Shown here piece after piece: positions 1-12,166 of a stretch of DNA of 64,000 nt. Made by a program: the position numbers and the translations under genes. Source of the stretch: Rebecca billardiae RCC1528. Lineage: Eukaryota; Protista; Haptophyta. Positions within the stretch are counted from its first letter, which is position 1. Every line of letters starts with the position of its first letter. The stretch is from contig OZ251243.1 in assembly GCA_965240325.2 (NCBI GenBank), positions 682,001 through 746,000 on the forward strand, given 5' to 3'. The notes under the pieces are model-generated. The model did not search any database. It worked only from the letters and a program-made list of their open reading frames with translations, and was not told where the DNA came from.

Positions 1-1
1 C

Positions 2-3000
2 GACAGCAACCCTGGCGGCGGCATCTGCGTCTTTCCCTCGTGCTGCGACCACGGATCACACGTCGCCGGCACAGTGCTCGGCAGCACGGTCGGCGTCGCG
101 CCGGGAGCGACGCTGCACGGCGTGCGCGTGCTCGGGTGCTCCGGAGGCGGCTCGACGGAGGACATCCTCACCGGCCTCGAGTGGATCGCCGAGCACAGCG
201 GCAGCATCAAGGTGGTCGTGATGTCGCTCGGCGGCGGGCGCGACGACGCGCTCGACGCCGGCGTTGAGAACCTGGTCGCGCAGGGCGTGTCGGTGGTGGT
301 CGCGGCGGGGAACGAGTATCAGGACGCGTGCAACACCTCGCCCGCGCGCGCCGCCTCCGCCATTGCCGTCGGCTCCACCAACGAGCCCACCTCGGGCGTC
401 GACACCGTCAGCTCGTTTTCAAACTACGGCGCGTGCGTCGACATTTTCGCGCCCGGCGGGGCGATCACGTCGGTTGGGGTGGTCAACGGGGACACCGCGG
501 CGCTGGACACGTTCTCGGGCACGAGCATGGCCGCGCCGCATGTGGCGGGGGTGTTCGCCCAGATCGGCACCGCCCTCGGCGCGAGCTCGTACACGCCAGA
601 TGCGGCGTGGGCCGTGCTGCGCGCGCGTGCGCAGAAGGGCCTGCTCAGCCCGACGCCGGCCGAGGGCGCGAGCTCTGCGCCCAACGTGCTGCTGCAGGCG
701 ATGGGCGGGCTGCCGCCGCCGTCGCCGCCCGCGCCGCCCGCGCCGCCGCCCGTGCCGCCCGCGCCGCCCGTGCGCACGCGCACGCTCGAGGTGGTGCTGC
801 TCACTGACGATTGGCCAGAGGAGACGGCGTGGGCTGTGCACGACACTGCTGATTGGGCGGTGCTGCAAGCCGAATATCTGGAGGACACGCAGGCGAGCGT
901 CGAGCTGAGCTGGGAGCTCGAGCTCGAGGCGCCGGGGACATACGCCTTCCGGCTGTACGACAGCTACGGCGACGGCATCTGCTGCGAGTCCGGCGACGGT
1001 TCCTTCTCGCTGCGCGTGGACGGCGTGGAGATACATAGTGGCACGCTGCAATACGACGGCACCGGCTCTACCTATAAATACGGGTACGAGTTCGGCGTGA
1101 GCGCGTTCCCGCCGCACCCGCCGCCGGTGCCGAGCCCGCCGCCGAGCCCGCCGCCCCAACCGCCGCCGATGCCGCCGACGCCGCCGCCGCCCTCGCCGCC
1201 GCCCTCGCCGCCGCCCTCGCCACCGCCGCCGCAGCCGCCGCCCTTGCCGCCGCCGCGCCCACCGCCACCCTCGCCGCCGCCATCACCGCCGCCGCCATCG
1301 CCGCCGCCATCGCCGCCGCCATCACCGCCGCCGCCAGCGCCGCCACCAGTGCCGCCGCCCTCGCCGCCCCCGCAGCACCCGCCACCGAGCCCGCCGCCGA
1401 GCCCGCCGCCGAGGTCGCCGCCGGACCCTCCGCCCAGGCCGCCGCCGAGCCCGCCGCCGCCGCTGCCGCCGCCCTCGCCGCCGCCCGCATCGCCGCCGCA
1501 CCCCCCGCCCTCGCCACCGCCAGCCCGGCCGCCGTTGCCGCCTCCTTCCCCACCGCCCACACCGCCGCCTTCGCCGCCCCCGAGCCGCCCACCCTCGCCA
1601 CCGCCACGTCCGCCGCCTCGTCCGCCGCCCGCGCCGCCGCCCGCGCCGCCGCCCGCGCCGCCGCCACGGCCGCCGCCCCTGCCGCCACCGTCGCCGCCGC
1701 CGCACGCGCCGCCATCGCCACCGCCATCGCCGCCGCCCTCACAGCCGCCATGGCCGCCGCCGCACGCACCGCCCTCGCCGCCACCCTCGCCACCGCCCTC
1801 GCCTCCACCCAGCCCGCCGCCCTCGCCGCAACCACGGCCGCCACCCTCGCCGCCACCGCGCCCACCGCCCAGGCTGCCACCGGCGCTCCCGCCCTCGTCG
1901 CCACCGCGCCCACCGCCCGTGCCGCCGCCCCGCGCGCCGCCGAGCCCACCGCCGGCGAGGCCGCCGCCTCCGCCGCCCAGTCCACCACCGAGTCAGCCGC
2001 CAGGGACGCCGCCACCTCTGCCGCCGCCACCACCGCCGCCGCTTCCCCCGCCCTCGATGCCTCCGCCGCCACCGCCACTACCGCCACCAGCGCCACCGCC
2101 AAGCACGCCACCGGGCCCACCGCCAAGCGCGCCGCCGAGCCCTCGGCCGCGAGCACCGCCGCCGCCGCGGCCGCCGCCCTCGCCGCCGCCCTCGCCAGCG
2201 CCATCCTCGCCCCCCTCGCCCCCGCCATCGGCCCCGCCCCCGCCGCGTACCTTGCCGTTCCCACCTCCGGCGCCGCCCTCGCCTCCGCCCTTGCCTCCAC
2301 CACCGCTGCCGCCCTCGCCGCTGCCACCACCGCCACCGCCTGCGCCGCCGCCGTCGCCTCCACCCTCCGAGCCCCCGTCACCACCTCCGTCGCTGCCGCC
2401 GTCGCAGCCTCCGTCGCTGCCGCCGTCGCAGCCTCCGTCGCAGCCACCGTCGCCGCTGCCGCCTTTCTCCCCGCCACTCTTGCCCCCTTCCTCGCCGCCG
2501 CACGCCCCACCGCTGCCACCGCCGGGGCTGCCACCATCGCCGCCGCCGAGCTCACCGCCGCCGCTGCTGCCTCCGGGCGCCCCGCCCTCGCCGCCACCGG
2601 CACTGCCGCCGGTGCCACCGCCACGGCCGCCCCGGCCATCGCCCCCTCCCCCGCCGTCTCCGCCTCGTCAGTCCTCGCACGTCCCACCGCCCCCGCCGCC
2701 ATCGGGGCCGCCGCCGCGCTATCTCCCAGCGCCGCCCCTGGCGAGCCCGTCAAGCCCACCGCCGCTCTCCCCGCCGCCGTCGACTCTCCCTTGGCGGCCG
2801 CCGCGGCCGCCGCCACTGCCGCCACCGCCGCCACGGACCACGCCCTTCCCTCCGCCGCCGCCGCCCGCGCGGCCGCCGCCCTCATCTCCACCGTCACTCC
2901 CACCGTCGTCGTCCCCCCGCCCCCCTCCGCCGCACAGTCCGCCCGGCCCGCCACCCGGCCCGCCGTCGGCCCACCCGCCGCCGCCGCCGCCGTGGCCGCT

Positions 3001-4326
3001 GCCGCGCTCACCACCGCCCTCGCCGCCGCCGAGCCCACCGTCGAGCCTTCCTCCAAACGCGCCGCCCACGTCAGCGCCGCCGAGCCCGCCGTCTCAGCCG
3101 CGGCCACCGCCCAGCCCGGCAACATCGGCATCTGCGCCGCCCTCGCCGCCGCCATCCCCGCCGCCGCCCAGGCCGCCTCCGCCCTCGCCGCCCCCTGCGT
3201 CGCCCCCCAGCACGCCACCGCAGCCGCCACCGAGCCCACCGCCGCCGCCGCCGAGCCCACCGCCGCCGCCGCCGAGCCCGCCGCCGCCGCCACCGAGCCT
3301 GCCGCCACCCCCATCCAGCCCACCGCCGCCACCACCAGGCACCCGGACCTTTGCCGCCCTCACGGCCAGCGGCTCCCCGCAGGAGTACGAATCAGCGGAG
3401 GCGCGGGGCGGCCTGGCGCAGACGCTCGCCGCCGTGCTCAACGTGAGCAGCTCGGCGGTGCGCATCGAGGCGGTGCTGGCGGCGTCCGTCCGGATCATCT
3501 TCAGCGTGTTCGAGCGCGCGGCCGCGCAGCAGCAGGGCGGTGGCGGCGGCGGCGGTGGGAATGGCACAGGCAGCGGCGGCGGGACGGCCGATGTGGTGAG
3601 CACTCTGAACACGCTCTCGACTGCAGAGCTCTCGATCGCCCTCGGCGTGCCAATCACGGAGCAGGTCGAGTCGGTGCAGGCGGGCTGCACCGACTCGTCT
3701 GCGCTCAACTTCGATTCGTGCGCAACGTTTGATGACGGCCGGTGTGAGGCGGCGCCAAGCCCGGCGCCGCCGCCTCGCGCACCGCCGCCGCGGGGCGCCG
3801 CCAGCGCGGGTGGCAGCAGCGGGGGCGACGACGGCGTCAGCGGCACCGGCGGCGACGACGGCGGCACGAGCGTCCCACGGGCAGCGGGGGCCGCGGCGGC
3901 GCAGTCCGCCACCACCGACCGCCTCGAGGCAAGCGCTCTGCTGATCGGTGTGGGCGGGGGCGTCGTCGGCTGCTCACTGCTCGCGTGTGCCCTCGCCCTG
4001 GTGCGCCGCAAGCGGCAGCGCACACGCGGTGGCGCGGCCACATTCCCCGAGGGCGGTGCGGAGGAGGCGGGCCCGACGCGCCGCGCCGCCAGTGGTGCCG
4101 CCGTGCCGCGCGGCGCAGCGGGCAGCGCGCGGCCGACGGCCACTGTGCTTCCGGTGCGGCCTGACGCACCTGCAGGGCCCGACTCGGCCGGCACACGCGA
4201 CCCACCGGCCGCCTCCGCGCAGCGGGGCGCGGCAGCTGCAGCTTCGCCCCGGGCAGACACCAAGCGTGGCACGGCCGACGCTGCTGCCGCGCACGGCGAG
4301 CAAGACGTGGCCGGGCCCAGCGTGGC
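2..4326 (+). CDS. Subtilisin-like (S8) serine protease with long Pro-rich stalk and C-terminal transmembrane helix; partial at both ends
   Basis: Open frame from position 2. Catalytic His motif DHGSHVAGTV, oxyanion motif VVAAGN and Ser motif SGTSMAAPHVAG are present. These are followed by a DDWPEETAW..DSYGDGICC domain, ~740 aa of Pro-rich repeats, a GCTDSSALNFD..ATFDDGRC motif, and a TM segment LLIGVGGGVVGCSLLACALALV ending in RRKRQR. The frame runs into the N gap at 4327. Confidence 0.9.
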
Positions 4327-4426
4327 NNNNNNNNNNNNNNNNNNNNNNNNNNNNNNNNNNNNNNNNNNNNNNNNNNNNNNNNNNNNNNNNNNNNNNNNNN
4401 NNNNNNNNNNNNNNNNNNNNNNNNNN

Positions 4427-6973
4427 CGGTGAGGGCGGCGGGCTCGGCGGCGGAGACGGTGGCGGGCTCGGCGGCGGCGATGGCGGCGGCGATGGCGGCG
4501 GACTAGGCGGCGGGCTTGGCGGTGGGCTCGGCGGCGGCGATGGCGGCGGCGATGGTGGCGGCGGGCTCGGCGGTGGCGACGGCGGTGGCGATGGTGGTGG
4601 GCTTGGAGGGGGGCTCGGCGGCGGCGGGCTGGGCGGCGGGCTCGGCGGCGGGCTCGGCGGAGGGCTCGGCGGTGGCGAAGGCGGTGGCGAAGGCGGTGGG
4701 CTCGGCGGCGGCGAGGGCGGCGGGCTCGGCGGCGGCGACGGCGGCGGCGACGGCGGTGGGCTCGGCGGTGGGCTCGGTGGCGGGCTCGGCGGCGGGCTCG
4801 GCGGGGGTGACGGCGGCGGCGATGGCGGCGGCGGGCTCGGCGGCGGCGACGGCGGCGGCGAAGGAGGCGGGCTCGGAGGCGGGCTCGGCGGCGGCGGGCT
4901 CGGCGGCGGCGACGGAGGCGGCGACGGCGGTGGCGTTGGCGGCGGGCTCGGCGGTGGGCTCGGCGGTGGCGACGGCGGTGGAGAAGGCGGTGGGCTCGGC
5001 GGTGGCTGCGGCGGCGGTGATGGCGGTGGGCTCGGCGGCGGCGAGGGCGGCGGGCTGGGCGGCGGGCTCGGCGGCGGAGATGGCGGTGGCGACGGCGGAG
5101 GGGGGCTTGGAGGCGGCGACGGCGGCGGCGAGGGCGGTGGGCTCGGTGGCGGGCGCGGGGGTGGCGGGCTCGGCGGCGGCGACGGTGGCGGACTGGGCGG
5201 TGGGCTCGGCGGGGGCGAAGGTGGTGGGCTTGGTGGCGGGCTCGGCGGCGGCGAGGGCGGCGGGCTCGGGGGCGGCAATGGTGGCGGGCTCGGCGGTGGG
5301 CTCGGCGGGGGCGATGGTGGCGGGCTCGGTGGCGGGCCAGGTGGCGGAGAGGGCGGAGGAACGGGCGGCGGCGGGCTAGGAGGCGGCGAGGGCGGTGGGG
5401 ATGGAGGCGGGCTTGGCGGCGGAAGCGGCGGAGGTGGGCTTGGTGGCGGGCTCGGCGGCGGCGAGGGCGGCGGGCTTGGGGGCGGCGATGGCGGCGGGCT
5501 CGGCGGCGGGCTCGGCGGCGGCGACGGTGGTGGGCTCGGCGGCGGGCTCGGTGGCGGGCTTGGTGGTGGCGATGGAGGTGGTGACGGCGGCGGGCTCGGC
5601 GGCGGGCTCGGTGGCGGCGATGGCGGCGGTGATGGCGGCGGCGGACTCGGCGGCGGACTCGGCGGCGGTGACGGCGGTGGGCTCGGTGGAGGACTTGGCG
5701 GCGGTGGGCTCGGTGGCGGACTCGGTGGCGGCGAAGGAGGCGGGCTGGGCGGCGGGCTTGGCGGTGGCGACGGCGGCGGCGATGGCGGTGGCGATGGTGG
5801 CGGGCTCGGTGGCGGGCTTGGCGGCGGCGATGGTGGCGGGCCCGGCGGCGGGCTCGGCGGCGGCGATGGCGGCGGGCTGGGAGGCGGCGAGGGCGGCGGG
5901 CTCGGTGGGGGAGAAGGTGGTGGGGAAGGCGGCGGCGTTGGCGGTGGTGGGCTTGGTGGCGGCGAGGGCGGTGGATTCGGTGGCGGGCTCGGCGGCGGGA
6001 GTGGTGGCGGGGGGCTAGGTGGCGGAGAGGGCGGAGGCGACGGTGGCGGCGATGGCGGTGGTGACGGCGGCGGCGATGGCGGCGGCGAAGGTGGCGGGCT
6101 CGGTGGCGGGCTCGGCGGCGGGCTCGGCGGCGGCGATGGCGGCGGCGAGGGTGGCGGGCTTGGCGGCGGTGGGCTTGGGGGTGGCGACGGCGGCGGCGCG
6201 GGTGGTGGGCTCGGAGGCGGGCTCGGCGGCGGTGGGCTTGGGGGTGGCGACGGCGGCGGCGATGGCGGTGGCGATGGCGGTGGCGAGGGCGGTGGGCTCG
6301 GCGGCGGGCTCGGCGGCGGGCTCGGCGGCGGGCTCGGCGGAGGCGACGGCGGCGGCGATGGCGGCGGCGAAGGTGGCGGGCTCGGCGGCGGGCTCGGCGG
6401 CGGCGATGGCGGCGGCGAGGGTGGCGGGCTTGGCGGCGGCGGGCTCGGCGGTGGCGACGGTGGCGGCGAGGGTGGTGGGCTCGGAGGCGGGACCGGCGGC
6501 GGTGGGCTTGGGGGCGGCGACGGCGGTGGAGATGGCGGTGGGCTCGGCGGTGGCGATGGCGGAGGCGACGGGGGCGGGCTCGGCGGCGGGCTCGGCGGAG
6601 GCGACGGCGGCGGCGACGGCGGCGGCGAAGGTGGCGGGCTCGGCGGCGGGCTCGGCGGCGGGCTCGGCGGCGGCGATGGCGGCGGCGAGGGTGGCGGGCT
6701 TGGCGGCGGCGGGCTCGGCGGTGGCGACGGCGGCGGCGAGGGTGGTGGGCTCGGAGGCGGGATCGGCGGCGGCGGGCTTGGGGGTGGCGATGGCGGTGGA
6801 GATGGTGGCGGCGATGGTGGCGGCGATGGCGGAGGCGACGGTGGTGGGCTCGGAGGCGGACTTGGCGGATGTGAAGGTGGCGGGCTGGGTGGTGGGCTCG
6901 GTTGGCCCACGGTACGCGGGCTCAGCAGCGACAGCACCAGCCAGGCCACCATCCACCACACACTCGGTTGCAT
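4427..6973 (-). CDS. Secreted extensin/pherophorin-like (Ser-Pro3)n protein, 3' end lost in gap
   Basis: ATG at 6973 gives MQPSVWWMVAWLVLSLLSPRTVGQ (signal-peptide-like), then >800 aa of SPPP/SPPPP. Varied synonymous codons indicate constraint at the protein level. Confidence 0.85.
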
Positions 6974-7762
6974 CTGCCCGTTCCGCGGCGCAGCACGGCG
7001 TGTGTAGCGATGCGCCGCTCGTCGATGCGGGCGGTGCGCTCCATGTGAATAAGCATCGCGGACACAGCTTCCCAGGAGTCGCATCATCGGGCTAGGCATC
7101 AGGCGAGCGCCGGCCCGGCACGCTCCGCCGCGGTTGCTTTCTTGAACGGGTGTGGCGACGGCTGCGAGCCGCGATCACGGCTTGTACGGGTACCGTACAT
7201 ATTGTCTTATCATCAAACATAGCAGTAAACTGTAGGTACCCACCCGCATCGAATGAAATGGCATGGCCGAACCGAAGTTTTTTTTCAATCATGGACGGGG
7301 GGCACCCACTAAACCATATTTGGCCAGTGGGGTGTAACCGCCGGGCAGCGGCGAAGAAAAACAGCGCGGGAAAATGAAACAAATTCGCTTGAAGCGCGCT
7401 CCGCGCCCTGCCGGCGGCGGGCGGTGGGAGCCGCGCTTGGCGCGAGGCGCTGCGGCTGTCGAGTTGCCGTGCGAAGGCGGCGCGTTGCTTGCGTGGCATC
7501 GGAACGCTTACATGCTCCGCTCTGCGCCCTGCAGCTTGCTCCTTGTCGACTCTGCCGCGCCTACGATCAGCGCGCATGCAAGCGAATCAAGCGTCACCTC
7601 AGAATGAGCTACGCCGGCCTGAGCCTTGCGCGCCTGCCTGGCCCGCGATGCAATCAACTCGGGGCACGAGCTGCGGCTGAGCGAGGAACCAGTACTTGCG
7701 CGCATGGCACGCCGCCTTGAGCCACCGATCGTGCATGTCAATGAGGCTTTGTCAATGAGGCT

Positions 7763-9560
7763 TTAGACGGCGACGAGGCGCGAGAAGACGAGGACGTTGG
7801 CGTAGAAAGCCACAAACTCAAGCACCGGCATCGGCAAGAGCAGGTCCGCCGCGCGCAGGGGCAGGCTCCAGAAGAGGCCGTGGCCGTAGCCGCCGAGCGA
7901 CGGCACACTGGCCCCTTCTTTGGCGGCGTCCGAGTAGAGGATGAACTCGGGCGCGGCAGGCGGCGCGCCGGCCGCAGAGGGCGGCGTAGCGACCGGCGTG
8001 ACAAACAGCATGCCCGCGCGGGCGAGCAGCAGGTCCGCCCACAGGCGGCACGAGCGGAGCAGCATGGGGGTTCGCCGGATCGGCTGCGCGGGGTGCGCGC
8101 TGAGCTCGCCAAAGTTGGCGTACATGCCGTAGAAGTAGGAGCCGTCCGCGGGCGAGAGCGGGCGGCAGTGCTCGAGCAGGCCACACGTGCGCCGGAAGCG
8201 CTCGAAGGGCACGGGCACGCCCGCTAGGACGTCGAGGAGCACGCTGCGGGCGCGGAGGATCTTGTCGGGGGGGATGGCGAGGATGCCGAGGGAGCAGTGA
8301 AACGCCGCGCCGATCCACTGAACCGACAGCCCAAGCTGGCGCAGTGGCGCTTCTCCGGGATGGCCATGATGATGCCGAGGCGCGAGGTGACGCTGTGCCA
8401 GACGAGCAGCAGGCGCACGAGGCGGTCGAGGCCGACGACCGTCCAGCACGGGTCGTCGGTGAACACATGCCCCGAGAACAGGCGCAGCTGCGGCCGGCCC
8501 GTGGCGCGCGCGAGCTCGCTGCGGCGCGCGACCCACGCTCGCTGCGCCGGCGGAACGGCTGGGTCTGCGAGCATCGCCTCAAAGCGCGGCAGCTCCTGCG
8601 CGTCGAACTCGGTGGCGACGATGTGCATCACGGCTGAGCTGAACCGCTGCGCGATGTTGCTGCTCGCGGCGAGGCCGAAGCCAAGGCGGAGCTCGGACAC
8701 GATCGCGAAAAGCGTCGTGAGCGCGTCCGCATCGACACCGTCACGCGGCACCCAGAGAAGGCACGTCTTCCAGAGCTCGGCGGTCGCGAGCGGGAACTGG
8801 TTGAAGAAGTCCTTCATGTCATCGGTCCAGGAGAAGATGGGCAGGCCGAAGACGCGGGCGCCGTCGAGGAGGACGGCGTCGTCGTGCATCTTGTCCGCCG
8901 CCTCAGGCATGATCTCGCACGGCCATTTGCGCTGCGCGCCGCCGCCGAGCGCTGCGGGCGCGGCGGCGCTCGGCGCGCGCGCCGCAGTGAGCGGCGCCAG
9001 AGCGTGAGGCGGCGCCGCCGCGGCGAGCGCGTCGACGGAGTCCGCAGCAGCGGGAGCCTCCACGCCCGGCAGCGCGTCGTGCAGGCCGATCGCCTCGTTG
9101 ATCGGCACGACGCGCTCACCGTCCGTGTCGAGCAACGGCTTTCGCGGCGCGCCGCCGTCGGTGGTGCGCCGGTAGCGGTCCGGCTCGAGTTTGCGCGGCG
9201 TGGAGCCCTGCGGGCCGAGGATGCACGGCATGAACGGGAAGAGGTCGTGAAACTCGTACCAGCCGAGGTCGGAGAGGCGCAGCAGCTCCTTGTGCACCGA
9301 GCGCGCGCCGACGGCCAGCGTGGTGAGGTGGGGCAGCAGCACGAGCTGCAGGCGCAGGTTGGCCTTGAAGCGCACGCAGCTGCGCACGAACTCGAGGAGC
9401 TCCTGGTCGGGCCAGTCCGGCCCCAGCGCGGCAGCGAGGGCGTCGGGGCGCAGGTTGCCAGCCGGGAGGGCAGTCACGTCGAGCGGCTGGAACGCGCCGT
9501 CCACGCGCCGGTGCGCAAGTCCCAGATGACGCCACGCGCGCGCTGCCAGAAGAGCCCTAA
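7763..9560 (-). pseudogene. DIRS-type (tyrosine-recombinase retrotransposon) RT-RNase H fragment
   Basis: RT motifs WTDDMKDFFNQF, LGFGLAASSNIAQRF and VFTDD. A frameshift near 8340 continues as QLGLSVQWIGAAF..FILYSDAAKEG..LEFVA (RNase H N-terminus). Truncated at both ends. Confidence 0.8.
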
Positions 9561-9621
9561 GTCGATCGGCGGCGGGTAGTATCATGGCCACGTACTTCTC
9601 GCCAGCGGACACAATCGTAAT

Positions 9622-12010
9622 TATGGCCCGCGGTGCAGGGCGGAGCGCGTAGCGTAGAGCCCCGCCGGGGGCCCTCACTACGTTGTCAAAAAGATCTTTT
9701 GATCAAAGAAAAGGGGACGGGGGACGATTTTGAGGGGTGTTGGAGGGTGAGTTTTCGCTTTTTCGAGGGGTACGTTGGCCCATAGTGCTCTGCATTAGCA
9801 ACTACGCGCTTGACGAAATAAGCGCGCCCACGCCATTCCGCATAAGTCGATGGACGGACGTGGGATCAGATACCCCGGGGGTGAAACAAGTGAGTATTTT
9901 TGTCCTTCTTGTATGCTGGAGTACGAGTTTGCCGAGCGACGTTTGATTGTTTTGGGTCGAAAACAGCTATGAGGCCAGATTCTTTTGAATAGCGCTTGCG
10001 AAAAGAAGTTACCCGCCTGTCTCGATGGATGAACCGCCTCATGGTATTGAAAGAGATTCTTTTGAATAGCGCTTTTAAACCAAGTTACCCACCTGTCTCG
10101 TTGGATGAACCTCCTCATCATATTGAAGAGATTCTTTTGAATGGCGCTATTTAAAGCCAGTTACCCGCTTGCCTCGATGGATGAACCGCCTTGATAATAT
10201 TGAAAGATATTCTTTTGAATAGCGCTTGTCACAACCAAGTTACCCGCCTGTCAGCTGTCTCGTGCTCGCGAGCGGCGCGACGACATCGGCCCGAGCGAGG
10301 ATGCCGCCTTCAAAGGCGCGCACCGAGTGCGTGCGCGACGGGTGCCGGCCGGCCGCTGGTCTCGACCTATCGCCCTCGGCCCTCCCCGAGCGCGCCTGCA
10401 GGTACCTCCGGACGCGCATTCGGCTTGCTCACTCGATCAGCTCACTCACAGCTGCCGGTCACGCAGCCGCGCGGCGGCCCCGCGACCAGGTCCGCGGCCC
10501 AAAGTGTGTGTGCGCGCCGCGCCGGTGCCCTCGCGCCGGTGGCGTGGGCTGGCTGGCCGCTGGTCTCGCCCACGCGCCCCACTCGCCCCAAGCGCGCAAC
10601 GCCTGCGGGAAGCGCCGGCACCTGCGCGTCGACGCCCGTCCCGCCGCGGCCCGCGCCATCGTCGATCGGACCGCGTGCGTGCGACTCCGTCCGCGCCCGC
10701 GCGCAGGGTGGGAGGGGCTGATGCAGGAGCAGATGCAGGACTACCTCGAAATTGCACGCGACGAGGAGGTGCCCAGCGCGCACTTTACGCTGCGCGCATC
10801 ATCGAGTGGTCGCCCAGCGAGCGCGGCAGCTGGCCACCGGGCCGGCTGACGGCGGGCGCAGCTGCCAGCTGCGGACGCGCAGCGGGCGCGGAGTGGAAGC
10901 CGGCGCAGCGGCCGGGCAGCGGCGGCCGGCGCGGCAGCACGCTCGTATACATCGCGGCAGCTACCGCCGTCGTGCGGGGAAAGCACACGCTCTCGGCGGC
11001 TTCCAAGATGCCGACGGGCCACGGCGTGCACTCCGTGCAGGCTGCGTGCGCACTGCAGTGGCTGTGTCGAGCTGCTGCGGCGTGTGCTCGAGGCGCGGCG
11101 CTCGCACGGGCTACGCGGGCGCAGCGGGTGCGCGCAGCTGGCGCACGCAGTGCCACGTCCTGCGGCGCCAGTTTGGCGGCCGTCCGCCCCCCCGAGCTCG
11201 AGTTCTGCGCGCTTTGCGACGGCGCGGCCGGCAGCGCCCATCTGCCTGCTTGCTTGGGCACGCCAGCATGTCCGCCGCCGGGCCTGCTGCGCGCGCCGAA
11301 GCTGGAGGGCGGAGGAGGGCGCTGGGCTGCTCCTACGGCGTGCTGCAGCCCGGGCAGGCTCTACCGCGGCGCGGCGAGGCCGTCGCGCCTGCTCGCCGCC
11401 GTCGAGTCGCCCGTGCTGCGTGACCCTCGGCCGCACGTGCTCGCTCGGCGGCACCGCAGCACTAGCAGGCGTCCCATACCAGTATACTCGAGCCGCTGTG
11501 CGCACCCAAGGCGCGAGCTGCTCGAGCGGGCCAGGTGGGCCCAGGGGGTGCGTGCAGCTGGCACACGCAGCCCCGGCCCGTGTCATGGGGTGTCGGTTTG
11601 ACGGTCGCCAGCCCCTGTGGGCTCGAGCGCTGTGCGCTTCACCACGGAGGTGCTGGCAAGTGGCAGCGCCCCGCGGCGCGCAACGGCGGGGCAGCATGGC
11701 CGCCGCCGGCGCCGCCGCACATGCCGCCGCTTACGGGCAGTCGAGAGCTTGGGGCAGCACCTACGGCGCATGCTGCAGCTCGGGGCGGGCTCTGCCAGCC
11801 TGTTGTGGCGTGATCGCGCATTTTCCAGACCGTCGACTCGCCCGCGCTGCATAATATTCCATTATTCGTTTGCCGCGCGTGCTCGACGGCGCTCCGCGCT
11901 GCTGCTGCCGCTACGGCCGCGCGTTGGACGGACAGCATATGCCGACGGAGGGTGCACCGCGGGCCCCTAACTACGTTGGTTCTACGGAAGGACCGCGGAA
12001 CGCGGTCATA
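9622..12010 (+). mobile_element. Helentron/HINE-like non-autonomous element, copy E1
   Basis: 5' GGCCCGCGGTGCA (9625-9637), its inverted copy TGCACCGCGGGCC (11953-11965), then a terminal hairpin GACCGCG-GAA-CGCGGTC (11991-12007). The same termini recur at E2 and E3. Confidence 0.7.
9978..10252. repeat. AT-rich minisatellite, ~76-78 bp x ~3.6, inside E1
   Basis: (G/T)ATTCTTTTGAAT(A/G)GCGC recurs at about 9978, 10054, 10130 and 10208, with conserved AGTTACCC..GGATGAACC between. Confidence 0.85.
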
Positions 12011-12097
12011 TTGTGCGCGCATGCCAATATAACACCAGCGCACATGTAAATAAGCTAGACGGCCGCAACGACGGTCGTATATTTATTCGTCATCATG

Positions 12098-12101
<4 letters not shown>

Positions 12102-12136
<35 letters not shown>
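12102..12136. repeat. (CT)n microsatellite
   Basis: Pure TC run between E1 and E2. Confidence 0.95.
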
Positions 12137-12138
<2 letters not shown>

Positions 12139-12166
12139 TCTATATTATTTATTCTAGACTCCGATG

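Noticed and set aside
3948-7095. Long Gly-rich and Ala-rich ORFs over the proline repeats (also 1068-3335 and 1750-3732)
   Set aside because: They are antisense or shifted-frame shadows of the Pro-rich genes; the signal peptide and domains lie in the Pro frames.
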